A stretch of 63,805 nt of DNA, filler included, from Octopus bimaculoides (Eukaryota), in NCBI RefSeq assembly GCF_001194135.2. It is 7 parts of 6 records of this genome, joined end to end, with 100 filler letters (N's around TTAATTAATTAA, not from the genome) between each part and the next. Parts side by side here need not be neighbours in the genome. Positions count along the whole stretch, not along the records: positions 1 to 19,539 come from NC_068986.1; 6 more parts are not named here. One strand, given 5' to 3'. Within the stretch, counting starts at the first letter, position 1. Each line of letters begins with the position of its first letter. Shown piece by piece: positions 1-14,080 of the stretch. The position numbers and the translations under genes are program-made. The notes below the pieces were generated by a model. It saw nothing but the letters and a program-made list of their open reading frames with translations, made no database searches and was not told the origin of the DNA.

Positions 1-399
1 ATATATATATATATACGTTTACATATACGTTTACATATACATATAATTACTATCTGTATATAGTATCTATTACGCTGGGTGAGGAAATAGTAACATTGGA
101 CACTAATCCAGAAGACTAAGCACTAAAGTACAACGAGATTTAAAATTCAAGATATCTTCCTAAATACTATTGCCGCTTCAAAATTCCTTTGTATAAGTGA
201 AGATATTTAGCCTAACACAACATATTTTCAATATGAGCGAAAAGAACCAAACTGTTCTAGGTTTTATGATATATATGATGAATACATAGTGCACTTTCAT
301 ATGTCAGTTAATAAACTGCACTCAAACACCTTAATCTTTTGAAATGTATGATGTTACTTAGATTTTTTGTATCTCACATGTTCTTATGCGTCCGTTAAT

Positions 400-1150
400 A
401 TCCTAATGGACAAACAGTCAATAGATGCTTCTGTTGATACGGAGAAATAGAAAGCAATTGGGTTTTCAAAGCTAATATTTCGAAGAGAAATGCCTATTAA
501 ATGACTCAGAGAACGAATATGTATGTTGGTGCCGATAATGTTTACCTCCTCACGTATGCGAAAATGAAGATTTGATATATGTCGAAACTTTTTATGATAG
601 CAATTACTATTAGCTATACTCTCTTCTCGGAGGTTATACATGGACAATGATTCCTGTTTCAGAGTTGTTCAGTATAGTTTAAGATTAAGGGTCAAAGTAG
701 CCCGCTTCATACTATCAATATCACTTTGCTTACTGGAAGACTTCATATATAAAATATTATCTTACTTTAACCCCTAATTCAAAGCATATTGCTATACCAA
801 CTATAAGTTTTCGATAACCAATTGCAACGACAGCCAGTTTGCTACGATGTCAAAGAATTCATTACAGAAAGTATTGATTTACTGCAAGAAGTGACTAATC
901 TCCGAACAAAACAATGAACATCGCAAATGACACCTTATTGATTTTTCAACCAATATTAAATTCATACTTATGTTTTCCCAGTACATGCTACTGATGAGTT
1001 AGTTTATTTTATATCACAGCTTTTATATGTTAGCAAGAATTACGCTGCTTGTCCTATCTGGGAATAAGACTTTAATTTCAGTTTACAAACTTAATGGCAT
1101 ATTCCAATGAAAGCTCAACGAAGGTATTATATAGATGAATTTTAATCTAA
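400..1150 (+). mobile_element. Possible highly decayed Penelope-like RT remnant
   Basis: Weak motif echoes only (ADNVY..Y.SKLF..IT, YDVKEFITE..LL, RYYIDE), in different frames and with stops. Confidence 0.25.
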
Positions 1151-2446
1151 ATATTCCCATTTAGATACAATGATGCTTGTTAGTCGTGGTCGCAGTATCA
1201 AAATTCAACAAATTTAAATATATGTCCGACAGTGTTACGTTATAGAACAGAGTTTTTGTTGTGTCAAAATAGGTTTTCGCAAAATAAAGACCTCAGTATT
1301 CAAAGCTCTGCCAAATGTATTTAAAACTCGAAATAATTCGACATCATTTTTTGTATCTACTATCTAAATACGTTGCAAATTTATTACCACAACATTTATT
1401 GGTTTATTAATAAATAAATGGGAGAGACATGTAAAGAAATCTAACATGTTCAGCATTCTTGGAGAATAGCAGGTTTCAAATTGTTAAAATTTGTGTTTGA
1501 AAAATACTCACTTCTAAACCTTGAAATGGAATATTATGTCGTACTAATTTATTTGTCATCCTTTACAAGAGGGATAATTAGATTGAAGTAAGGAGAGAGT
1601 TTACGCGGAATTACTCTTCAAAATTTAGGTACTTTATGCAGGCGATATTCTCCTTAAACACGAATTTAGCAAAGTAGTCCAATAATTGCACAAGATGTGT
1701 TTTCAATATATAAATATTTTACGACAGCTGGCAATTGATCAACCAGACATTGCTGGAGTTATTCTGGCTTTGGTCAGTAAGGTAAAAAATTCAGTTATTG
1801 ACTCAAAGATTCGTTCCTTTCTCATAAAAGACATTGTTTTGAGCTAAATTGTTTCTTCATCATATATATTAGATGTTAAAGTATCAAGGAATCGTCTGCT
1901 CTAGTCAAAAGTTGTATCAGCGTGATCTTATGATGAATGTGATGACAACATGAGTATATAATTATCAAAGGTGGAGATACCTAGAAAACTAGTACATACT
2001 TATAAAATCATTATTTTACACATGATTATATGATGAAAACTTGAAGCAGAATATGACAATTACCAAAATGGACAATGAAATGCAATAAACAGATCATGAA
2101 TAATAAATGAATGACAACTTGGTTATAATGCTGAAGAAAGCCAGTGAAGTGAGAAAGAATAGTACTTTAGTGTGTGAAAATCGGTGGTAAATAAGAAAAA
2201 TGAGAAAATGATATTTATGAACCACCAAATGAAATCGATACTATTATCTAAATCATAAAACTACTCTAATGCATATAATATTAACTTGAAATACGAAAAC
2301 CCGTTAACCTGCCGATTAAAGTCATTTGAAATTTACAAAATCTGAGTAAATGTCTTCAAGTTCCATGTTTTGAGAACGCATATATACACAAAGATACACA
2401 TAGCGTCACACACATACTGATAGATACGCACATACTCACACACACA

Positions 2447-2517
<71 letters not shown>

Positions 2518-3499
2518 TAACAAATGCACTCTTATGCGTACATACAAACATCCATACATAACCCCACACGCACACACGCCTACATTCTTATATATAATAC
2601 GTATACATGCACACACACAACACAAACAGCTTAGATTGATTTTGCCTCTCGTATTTTAGAGGTCAATGAAAATATGTCGATGCTGTGATTGATAAAATCG
2701 AATCTGGCAATAGTATGACATTGACTTCCATGCCATCGTATATGGATGCAAACGATATATATTTGTATATTATAAAAATGCCCCAAAAGCCCAGATTTTA
2801 AAAATTGTTACGCAAGGGACAAACTTACAGAATGAAATGTAATTTTCCTCCGTTATTTACCGTCATTCATGCTGTATGTTTGATATATTTCAGTAATTCT
2901 TTTTCCGAAGTATTACAGTGCATTTTACTTCAGCTACACCGTTCCGTAAATGTCTTGACGTTAAACAATACTCAGAGCATTTCAATTTTCTCTTCTTTAT
3001 GAACCGGTCAACAGTCAATCTTTGATGTAAGTCTCCACAACGTGACCCCAATCTATGTTTTACAGACTTTCATTTCAAAGAGAAAGGCTAAATATAACAG
3101 AAAAAAAAACTATATGACAAAATAACAGCAAGAATTAAATAAACAAATAACACTGAATATTCAGCAGGTTAAACATTTAACTTGTGAAGGAAGAAGATAT
3201 TAGGAAAAAAGCGTCCAAACTGCATAATTTAATTTGAACTCTATTAAGAAAGTGACAACATGATATTTGAGAATGAATAAAGTAACATAGGATAAAAGTA
3301 TTTTTCAGACAACCTTTGACAATGTACAGTAAAAGCAAACAAACAAACATCCTAAAAATCATAGATGAAATATAAATTATAAAATTATATACATGACAAG
3401 GAAATCTGGGGAAGCGTAATAGACGTGTGTAGTCCATCATGCTTACGGTCCTTTTTGTAACAGAATGAAGATTTTGACTGAACATTAGCAAGAATATTA

Positions 3500-3660
3500 A
3501 TGGGAAGAACAAAAACATAATCCTTTTTACCCTCGTACTCAACTGGTACTTGATTTGTCAAAGGCAACGTGGATCTCGGTGGAATTTGAAATCTGAACGC
3601 AAAAGCAGGCAAATAACATTTTGTTTGACGTGCTAACGATTCTGTCTTATCACTGTCCTA
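3500..3660 (-). mobile_element. Family-A SINE, diverged
   Basis: caactggtacttgattt..ggaatttgaa..gtgctaacgattctg blocks. Confidence 0.7.
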
Positions 3661-3848
3661 AAAGAGAACAAAATAATAACGAAACAAATGGATGTGCACA
3701 ACCTCAATGTTTAAGTATTAAGTAATAATACATTTTATCCCTTTTAATCTGCTTTCTTAAAACATCATTTTTTATCGTTATTTCAATGGAATAAACGTTT
3801 TCCTCAAATGATATTTTTAGCATCACCTCCATTATAGATATATACATA

Positions 3849-4108
3849 TCGGGTTGGTGCATAATTATTGCGGCTTTTTATCAACAAATTCAATTTAGCA
3901 AAACCAATAACAATATTTAACAAAAACATCTGTAAATGACGGTCTGACCGTCTGCCAGGCAAATGGGAAGCAGTAATTGAAGTAGATGGTGAATATGCTC
4001 CGGAATATTCATATAAAGATATTTCTCTTACATGTTATTGTTTCGTTGAATAAAATTTGTTGAAAAAAGAAAAAAAGAAACACCCGCGATAATTATGCAC
4101 CAACCCAA
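3849..4108. mobile_element. Mariner-derived MITE (~260 bp)
   Basis: TIRs tcgggttggtgcataattattgcgg ... ccgcgataattatgcaccaacccaa resemble Hsmar1/MADE1-type GGTTGGTGCA TIRs. TA on the left flank. Confidence 0.85.
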
Positions 4109-4435
4109 TGTTGTATGTTGCGCCATTGAATTGGATATTAAAGAAACAAGTTGTTTACACGTGGTTTCTTCAAGTAACATGGTGAAACACTACGCAATCG
4201 AAAAGCAGACACTGAAGCTAATTTGAAAAACTTGATATCTATTTCGAATTTCCTGATTTTATTATACATTTATAAAAGGAAAAGCTTAACAGTGTTTTGT
4301 CGCCCAGGGGCACCGAACTAGAGATCACATACTTGCAAAGCCATCTTGAAAACCACACCCTCATGGGGGCAAATATATTATTGATTATTGGTCAACGTCT
4401 TGGAATACCACGTTGAATAAGAACAGTATATATCC

Positions 4436-5280
4436 ATTTCTACTCTAGGCACAGGGCCCGAAATTCGGGTGGAAGGCGGTGGGGGCAGTCGATTATATCG
4501 ACCCTACTACGCAACTGGTACTTAATTTATCGACCCCGAAATGATGAATGGCAAAGTCGAAATCGGCGGATTTTGAACATAGAACATAGAAACCGGCAAA
4601 ATACCGCTAAGGATTTCGCCCGGCGTGCTAACGTTTCTGCCAGCTCGCCGCTTTAGATCTGCTTATATCTTTTCTAATCTAGTCACAAGGCCAGAAATTT
4701 TTTGGTGAGGGGGCCAGTCTATTAGATCAACTCCAGTACGCAACTGGTACTTAATTTATCGACCCCGAAAGGATGAATGACAAAGTCAAAATGGGCGGAA
4801 TTGGAACTCAAAACTTCAAAACAGACAAAATACCGCTCATCGTTTTACCTGGCGTGCTAACTTTTCTTATTTCTTCCAACAAGGGGCTAAGCATAGAGGG
4901 GACAAACAAGGGATTAAGTCGATTACATCGACCCCAGTGTGTGCGTAACTGGTACTTAATTTATCGACCCCGAAAGGATGAAAGGCACAGTCGACGTCAG
5001 CGGAATTTGAACTCAGCACGTAGCGGCAGACGAAATACTGCTAAGCATTTCGCCCGGCGTTTCTGTCAGCTCGCCGCCTTAGATCTGCTTATATCCTTTC
5101 TACTCTAGTCACAAGGCCAGAAATGTTTTGGGGAGGGGGCCAGTCTATTAGATCAACCCAGTATGCAACTGGTACTTAATTTATTGACCCCGAAAGGATG
5201 AATGACAAAGTCGAAATCGGCGGAATACCGCTTAGCATTTTACCCTGCGTGCTAAAGTTTCTGCCAGCTCGCCCCCTTAG
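4436..5280 (-). mobile_element. Tandem cluster of four family-A tRNA-derived SINEs
   Basis: Four copies of the core aactggtacttaatttatcgaccccgaaaggatgaa..aaagtcga, with heads ending ccagctcgccgcctt, at approximately 4436-4655, 4672-4868, 4869-5080 and 5097-5280. Confidence 0.9.
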
Positions 5281-5794
5281 AACTGCTTATATCAACGCAG
5301 CAAAACAATTCTGCTTACATTTTCTGTCCTCATCCAAATCTGTTTTGTCATTTATCAATGTTACACATACTAATGTTTCAAATTCTCCATTTCTGAAACC
5401 AATCTGAAATTTTTGATCCACTTGTTTGTATTTTTTTCTTTTTCTTATATATATTTCTACTGTGAGTTTACTCTTTGGTATTTTTTCCTTACTACATTTA
5501 CATAGTTCAGGTATTCAATCTCATATATAATACTATTTCTACAATCGTTGATTTTATCGAATCCATACAAGAAATAACATTTAGTAACAACTTTCCAATA
5601 TACCGTGTGTAAAGCATTTATCATGAACTGTAAAGAAAAAGAAAAGAAAAACACGAAATTAACGGTGGAAATTGTAGCAACTGTGAGGTTCTAGCTACTA
5701 TCAAACTATATGCACACACGCTCAAACACATACACACACATACACACACATATATAATATATAAGCGAAATAACATGTTAGCATATCTTTGTCA

Positions 5795-6000
5795 TCTTTC
5801 TTTCTCATATAAGAATGATTGACCGTTGACTGAACACTATTCAATTTTTTTTTTCTCCGTGTTTTTCTCCTTGTCTCCGTATTCTTTCTGTTGAAGAGCG
5901 TAGCTCGAAACGTCAAAGACTTTCCGTATTCCCGAGCGTCATACTAATATATCCTTTTGTTATTTACACCACCTGTCCTCGTCTGTTGTTATTATTTGTA
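5795..6000 (+). mobile_element. Penelope-like terminal repeat/retrozyme-like fragment, family P1
   Basis: Carries the hammerhead motif and shares downstream blocks (ttccYgagcgtc, gtcctcg, ttgtt) with 62641-62835 (-). Flanked by (CA)n/(TA)n tracts. Confidence 0.5.
5883..5919 (+). ncRNA. Minimal type I hammerhead-ribozyme-like motif with mutated core (CUGUUGA)
   Basis: TCTTT-CTGTTGA-A-GAGC(gta)GCTC-GAAA-CGTC-AAAGA: stem I TCTTT/AAAGA, stem II GAGC/GCTC, palindromic ACGT stem III, GUC cleavage triplet. Core has T at the conserved A6 position. Confidence 0.6.
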
Positions 6001-6007
6001 TATTCTC

Positions 6008-6069
<62 letters not shown>

Positions 6070-6119
6070 ATGTGTGTGTGTGTGTGTGTGTGTATACATG
6101 GTTGTCATCTTCTTCATAA

Positions 6120-6600
6120 TATCCTAGAACAACACATCATTACTCATATGCGTTCCGTCTTACGCACCGGCTCACCAAACTTAAGTAAGATTGTGCAATT
6201 CTTTGATCCTTTGTATTCCCTATGTTTGGGCCGATAGTAGAGAGCTTTAAAACGTCTACCATCGACTTGCATGTTATATTTATCAGCCTAGTTGTATTAA
6301 CATTCAGGTGTTTCTGCAAATTTATGATGTCACCTGTTTTAATCACTCTATGCGATAATTTTGTATCATCGACGTAGTTGGTGAGAATGGCTCACTGTAT
6401 GACTAAGGACATAATTGTCATTGCCTCTACAAATAGTTATAGTCTTATTTCAGTTTTCAGTGGGGCTATATTTGCTCTTGATATCTTAAGAGATTTCAAT
6501 AAAAGCAACATTGGATGCGAGTGTCAGACTTCTACTTTTTAACAAGTAATGCAGCCAACTTCATGAAAGCTCAAACAGTCTTAAACCACAATGCGATAGG
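6120..6600 (-). mobile_element. CR1/L2-type LINE reverse transcriptase remnant
   Basis: Minus strand ILTNYVDDTKLSHRVIKTGDIINLQKHLN (YxDD motif at 6365-6376, followed by D..LQ..L). Decayed downstream. Confidence 0.65.
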
Positions 6601-8540
6601 AGATTTAATGACGATCAGTTAAGTTCAACTGAATATTTCGAAAGAATCAGTTTTAAAGAAGTAATCAGGTAGTGGGAGTGAAATAAGAAATTTTAAGAAA
6701 AAATGAAACCAGAAGCGGTGTGCCTCAATATGGGGACATTTTCGATTGAAACCAACGTTATAAACGTTTATATACATGCACACAGACACACACAGACACA
6801 CACACACACAAACACACATACACATATACTAACAGTTAAGCCCTATTTAACCAGGTCGGTTTGGATGATGTGGCTATAAAACCTGCTATGTGTAAGCATT
6901 CGATTTGTTTGGGCAGGCTTACGTTAAAAAAAACAATTATAGAATGACATTTTTTTTACCTAAACGCTAAAAATAACTGACCAACAAAAAGAAAATCAGC
7001 CAAGATTCAACCAAATCAAAAACTAAACCTAAATACTAAGCGAATAAAGATTAACCATTTCACTTCATGAGCACGCACACGCACACACACACAAACGCAC
7101 ACACATATTCACGTACTCCTCTTTTACATACACACATATATTCACACAGAGCTGAAATGCTGTTTGATTTAATTTTTTCAGCGTACACTACCAAGTATGA
7201 GATCATCCCTTCCTTCCCTATTCATCTTCCTTCCCTATTCCTCACCGTCCTTTCTCATTCATAAAAAAAAAACAAGAGTATTATCATAGTAGATTATCTC
7301 GGTAACAATGGGAGATATGAAAAAATACAAAGTCATGCATCACCAACGGATCATTCTAAACACCAATGCAATTTTTCGCGCAATTCCATCCACACGTGTG
7401 ACCGTGAATCNNNNNNNNNNNNNNNNNNNNNNNNNNNNNNNNNNNNNNNNNNNNNNNNNNNNNNNNNNNNNNNNNNNNNNNNNNNNNNNNNNNNNNNNNN
7501 NNNNNNNNNNNNNNNNNNNNNNNNNNNNNNNNNNNNNNNNNNNNNNNNNNNNNNNNNNNNNNNNNNNNNNNNNNNNNNNNNNNNNNNNNNNNNNNNNNNN
7601 NNNNNNNNNNNNNNNNNNNNNNNNNNNNNNNNNNNNNNNNNNNNNNNNNNNNNNNNNNNNNNNNNNNNNNNNNNNNNNNNNNNNNNNNNNNNNNNNNNNN
7701 NNNNNNNNNNNNNNNNNNNNNNNNNNNNNNNNNNNNNNNNNNNNNNNNNNNNNNNNNNNNNNNNNNNNNNNNNNNNNNNNNNNNNNNNNNNNNNNNNNNN
7801 NNNNNNNNNNNNNNNNNNNNNNNNNNNNNNNNNNNNNNNNNNNNNNNNNNNNNNNNNNNNNNNNNNNNNNNNNNNNNNNNNNNNNNNNNNNNNNNNNNNN
7901 NNNNNNNNNNNNNNNNNNNNNNNNNNNNNNNNNNNNNNNNNNNNNNNNNNNNNNNNNNNNNNNNNNNNNNNNNNNNNNNNNNNNNNNNNNNNNNNNNNNN
8001 NNNNNNNNNNNNNNNNNNNNNNNNNNNNNNNNNNNNNNNNNNNNNNNNNNNNNNNNNNNNNNNNNNNNNNNNNNNNNNNNNNNNNNNNNNNNNNNNNNNN
8101 NNNNNNNNNNNNNNNNNNNNNNNNNNNNNNNNNNNNNNNNNNNNNNNNNNNNNNNNNNNNNNNNNNNNNNNNNNNNNNNNNNNNNNNNNNNNNNNNNNNN
8201 NNNNNNNNTATATATGTATATATATATATATATATAACAGAATGAGATAAAAATCCAAGGCTCTGAAAGATTTCAGGACATTTATAAAGAGGCATTACAG
8301 CTGTTTCCGGGATATTTTATATATCCCTTCATTGGAGACGGTATGAGAAGATGGTTAAGCAATAGTTATTCTATGAAAGATATGAAATAGGGAGTGAAAT
8401 GTTGGAATAAAACAGACGTGAGATATGTAGGCATATTGTATCTGCAGTTCCATTATTTAAGCAGAATGGTATATATATAAGTTTCCTGTACCTCATGTGT
8501 AAGTTCCAATAGTATTTAAAATTGGTCATTTCAAGCATAG

Positions 8541-8635
8541 AGCATTGCTAGAAAAAAGAGTTAAAATAACCCATAGCCACGAGATAAGTGCTTTTATTGG
8601 CTATGCGTTTTTTAACTCTCCTTTCTAGCAACACT
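8541..8635. repeat. Imperfect hairpin, ~37-bp arms, 20-nt loop
   Basis: agcattgctagaaaaaagagttaaaataacccatagcc versus reverse complement agtgttgctagaaaggagagttaaaaaacgcatagcc. Confidence 0.8.
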
Positions 8636-9140
8636 AGTGCTGAATAATACCCTCGGTCACTTTAGTGGCCTATATATTTCTGCCTTTCGGTTGTAAAACA
8701 AGCGGGAAGCTAGTGTTAGCACAATATCCCTAAAATATATATATATATATAATCAATTTTGACCATTGGTTAACCTCAACATTATAGCAAATTTTAGTGA
8801 TAGAGAGATAACATTTTGACAATAAATATTTACGTTGTAAAATAATTAAAAACGAAAATACATGAAGAATATAATGTTTTAGGCTTTTCGACTTTTATGG
8901 GATACAACAATAGAAACATTTGTCCAGATTATGACCTCATAAACAAAGCATGAACATCACTTTAGTTGCACAAGAAGATATGAAAGTATCACACCGGAAT
9001 AATACAGAATTATATAATGAATGACGTCAGAAATAGATTTAAAAGCAATTAATGACAAAGAACACCCATACACAGGTTTATATCTGATAAATTCACCTTC
9101 TCTCTCCACTATTAGTCTCTCTGTCACACTGTCTCTCTGT

Positions 9141-9215
<75 letters not shown>

Positions 9216-10118
9216 TATGTGGTGTGTATGTGTGTGCAAGTAGGTATATGTGTGTATATATTTATAAACATATACATACATATATATTAGGTATGTTTGC
9301 GTATTTATGTATATACATGTATATATACATATATAAAAATATAAACATATATGTAAGTATATATATTTATAAATATATATATATATATTTATATATATAC
9401 TTACATACATGCATACATACATACATACATACATATAACACATACTTAGAGAAACACACGCTTATACACACATCCATATATTAACGTACATATAGACTAT
9501 AATAATTAGATGATGTAGCTTTACGATAATTGACATTAATACATAAAATGATGTGTTAGCTTATGGAATCTTACAATTATTATACCAATAATATTGTCAG
9601 GCTTCATTCAAGATTAGATCTCATATAGATTTATGACATTTAAAATAATCCAGATTTTCTGTGTCTGTTTGTCTCTGATTGTTGTTTGCACAATAAAACA
9701 CCAGAAGTCAATAATGATTGTCGCATATTGTTTATGTGAATGCTTTCACTTTAATGTTTTTAATACGGATACAATGTACACTATATAAATTCACCTTTGA
9801 ATACCATTTTTGTATTCCTAACACCCGTACTCTCAAATCTTCGTTTGTAGATATATAAATAGAGAGAAAGAGAGAGGGATAAGGAGGGCGATGTGTGTAT
9901 GTGAGTTTGTATTTATGAGTACATGTACACACATACGCAAATAAGATACTCGTATTTTTATATGCAAAAGCAGCAAGAAATTCCATGATTATCAACCATG
10001 TATGATTTTCAAAATGTTTAATTTAAATATGACAAATAATATGTATATATATATANNNNNNNNNNNNNNNNNNNNNNNNNNNNNNNNNNNNNNNNNNNNN
10101 NNNNNNNNNNNNNNNNNN

Positions 10119-10245
10119 ATATATATTATTTTGTTTAAAAGAGTTCCAACACGGTCTGTTTTTTATGTTTTATTTATATTCCTCGTGGTATTTCATATTT
10201 TCTATACCTTGTGGTATTTCATCATGGCGGGTATGACAGACTTTA
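10119..10245 (-). mobile_element. Second copy of family P2 repeat (rearranged/deleted centre)
   Basis: Reverse complement matches both ends of 52027-52344. Retains CATGATGA, an ATACC/GGTAT stem and AGAAA, but has no clear stem III. Confidence 0.55.
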
Positions 10246-13200
10246 ATGCTGAAATGGAGGCAAGCACTCTAAAATGCATGCATCCATTAGATTTGTTACG
10301 GATAGCTAGAAACCGATTTGAAGTGGGTACACGTATTTATCTGCAGCGAGTAATTCTTACGTTCTCGAATATGCCTCAGATATATTTGAACAATTAACAA
10401 GATGATATATATATATAAACATAGAAACTCTGTAGACTAGCTATATGTATTGAAATTATGGAGTTCTTACCCTGGCTATATGTCGTATTATGCAAATCGA
10501 AATTTCTTTAGTATGTCACGTTTTGTGCCGTCTGCTCATTTACAATTATCTATGAAATTGTGTTACATTTATGAATTGTTTTGGCGACTGTGGATAATTA
10601 TATGCTTCGATAAAGAGGTCTAAGAAGTATCTGGATATGCTTCCCTCATTTAATACGATGAAATTAATTTAGTAATTGAAATTGATTAAATGTTTTCATT
10701 TCGTTTCTAACGTGACTATATACTTAAATATCAAACTAAAACTCATGACATGGAAGCAGCATAAATACTCTAAACTTCCATTCCTGCTGGATGCCATTAT
10801 ACGCGAATATAGTTTTCCTATATATTATCTTGATGTTTTACTTCTATATAATGCTGAGTTACGCATCCAAAAATCACTGATTAGCAGAATAAATTAATTT
10901 CTTAGCACAATACACTTCTCTGTTCTAAAAAGATGGTTTCGTATCGCTCTACGTCTTCCAGAATAATCAAATTAGCTTCTATTCTAAGAAGCAACTTAAG
11001 ATTGTGGTTCCTTTTATCAGACATATTTGATATTCTCATCGCTCCACCTTGCACGCTACACACTAACAGCCATGCAGAATTCTCTCCCATCATCATTTGC
11101 AATTCTTCCATTGTTTCTAGAGCCGTTACTGTGCAAGTGTATACGACGATGAAGTGCATGTATCACCAGAGTTTCGAAGGGTTTGCAAAATGCGCTGTCA
11201 CAGCCACTTTCTCCAAAGATTTTGCAAAGTATACTAATTAAGTCATAGGATTAATTTTACACAGTTCAAATTTTAGAAAAGAAAGAATATGACCCGTTGT
11301 CCTATGAATAAGGTGTTTCAAAATTTAGGGGAATGTTTCAAATGAAAGTCTTCTTAACGAAATAGTTGTTTAATGTTATCACTTTGAAATATCTACACTT
11401 GAATTTAATTCAATTTTGTAGATGAATCTATGCGCAAATTGTCAAACTGGCAGCGAGCTGTGGATATAAGCAATTACAGTCAATGAAGTAGCAACGTGAA
11501 CAAACTTCTGAGTCAGTAGAATGAGTTTCAGTGTCATTGGGACTGCTTAACCTAGTAAATGATAATAGATCTCCTTTCTTTCTAATAATGCAATCGATTT
11601 GTTAATGAGAACATATGATTAATAGATTGATTTGTCGTTTTGTTTTACTTTTTTTGTTCATGTAACGTCTGAAAAGAAAAAGAACAGCTGTTGGTACAGC
11701 TGACAGTTCTTATTATCTTGACTTGTAATGCAAGTACTTTTCCAGCGTGTGCCAGTTATTATATTATTCAATCTAGACTAATGAAAGGCTACATCAAATA
11801 TTCTGAAACTCAACTACGTGAAATGAATAAATATTTCAGTCTTCTCTGATCGGTTGAACTATATCTACAGTAGTTGTATTAAATTTGATTTTTGTTTCTA
11901 ATTACTGAGATGTCTGCGTTTCTGCTACGCACACTAAGAGAATATCAGACAATGGAAAAGCTAAACTAGTTATTATCTTCTGTCTCTTTTTCAGTGATTA
12001 GTTCTGTGAGCAACTCTCTTTTGTTTATTGCTTTTCTTTCTTTCTTTTTTTCTTATCTGTTTTCTGTCTGTCATGAAATGATTGCAATAGCTTACTAATA
12101 ACCGGATCAGCCAGAATTGCCGTGTTACAAATTGTAAATTGATATTTCTGTTTCCTTTTTGTATTTTGATTGTCTCTCAAGACGAATCGCCTAATGAGCC
12201 CTGTATAGCAAATTTCTATTTTACTGATGACAAAGTCTTATTACAATACCTAACACTAAGTGAATAAACGCATATCATTGAAAAAGTATTGGTTATACTA
12301 ATACTACTAATAATAATAATAAGAAGAAAATGGAAAGAAGAACAAATAAATGAGGAAGAATCAACAATACACTTTGAATTTTATACAAGATTAAAACTTT
12401 GGAAATCTAAGTATGTAATGTTAAAAATGGTGAAAATGTCAACGATATCTGCACAGCGGTTAAATTGTGCTTAAATACGCTAATTAAGAAAAAAAAAACT
12501 AATACACTAAAACCTCGGAATCAATTCGTAATTGCAAATACTGTCATACTTGGCGTCAGCAAAAATAGACTCACAATAAATGTGTAATAACGTTTAACCT
12601 TAGCATATATATTGCATCAGCGTCACATTCACCGAATAGATTTCGCCTTCTGTAACTTCAAGTTGTCAATGCTTCTTACATTCACTACCCATACAAAAAC
12701 TGTGTACTACTGATGTACCCCATTCTCTATATCCTTATTTTACTAATACGCACACCAACAGTGATTTCTATATTCACAAATTATTGTTATTCGTTCCAAT
12801 ATCTTTCATTTTTTAAAGATTTTAATCCAACTTACCCCTTCGCAACGCCTTATTTTTTTTTGACTGTGTACGGATCTCTTTTATCAAACGGTTATGATTA
12901 GCAATAATTATTCTATTGTTTATTTTGTTTCTTTTCGAAATCCTCTTAGAGATTTCGTACCTCTCTCAGCTATTTTTAGCATTCGTTATGTAGCTAAATG
13001 TTTTAGATTGAATTTAAATTAGATAAAACGTCGTTGTTCCGCCTTCACTAATTGTTTGCCTTTCCTATACTTTATACGACACCTGCTGACTCATAGAGAA
13101 GCCATCATTAGCTATTCTTTTAAGCAAGACGTTTACTCAACCACAATTTCAACCGTTGTTCTAAAATTTGGTGGCACATATATTTAAACACTCAGAAACA

Positions 13201-13329
13201 TATATATATATATATATATATAACGCCGGGAGAGAGTGAGAGAGAGAAACAATAAGATACATGAAACACACTCGTGCTCACTTGTCTACCTATGTATCTA
13301 TCTATCTGTGCGCACCCCCACACACACAG

Positions 13330-13362
<33 letters not shown>

Positions 13363-14080
13363 GGGAGAGAGAGAGAGAGAGAGAAAGAAAGGGAAAGAGC
13401 TAGAGAGAGGGAGAGATAGATAGATGCATGAAAATGAAAGTTTGCGTGGAAAAACGTCTGTAGTTATTTAAACACTATCACTTTGTGTGAACATATGTAC
13501 ACATGATGGCGAGTTAATTATCGTTGTAGACATACGATTAATTCTAAATGTAAGATTCAAATTATTTCACTAGCATCACGTGATATCAAGGTTGATATTT
13601 AATAATGAATTTGTTATACCAAGAAAATATCACGACACATTTGTAATGACTTTACTGCGACATGTATGTTGAATTGTGATAAAACGAACTCGAATAAAAT
13701 GTTATGAAATTTAAAGGAGATCTGTTGATAGTTTAATATTATGTCAATTGTGTTCCTTGCAAAATTCTGATATACATATAACATGATAATATTTATGAAA
13801 ACAAATCGGAGATTCTCACAGGAAGGATGTAGATGACTTATCATTCGTAATAAGTGCTCAATAAATAAAATATTAGCATATGTCTGGCAGTTTATCATTC
13901 TCAGCTTCGTATGAGATGAAACGTTCATATCATACTTAGAAAAGTCAATGCGTTTATTTTGTAAGTAAATTGTCGTGCACCTTTATGATTGCTATAGTCT
14001 CAGCATTGTATAATTCGTACAATGTCAAAAACATTCAGCAAGTATTATACTGTTGATGTTACTGTGTAAAATTGTTAAAT

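Noticed and set aside
7308-8295. Long ORFs spanning N runs (also 15687-16412, 34872-36326, 41945-42455, 47396-48112, 50403-51064, 53625-54104)
   Set aside because: Open only because N codons are not stops.
10933-11241. 102-aa ORF with a faint GPCR TM2-like stretch (LLSDIFDILIAPP)
   Set aside because: No DRY-like motif, no clear splice sites, an overlapping antisense ORF of similar length, and no recognisable family.
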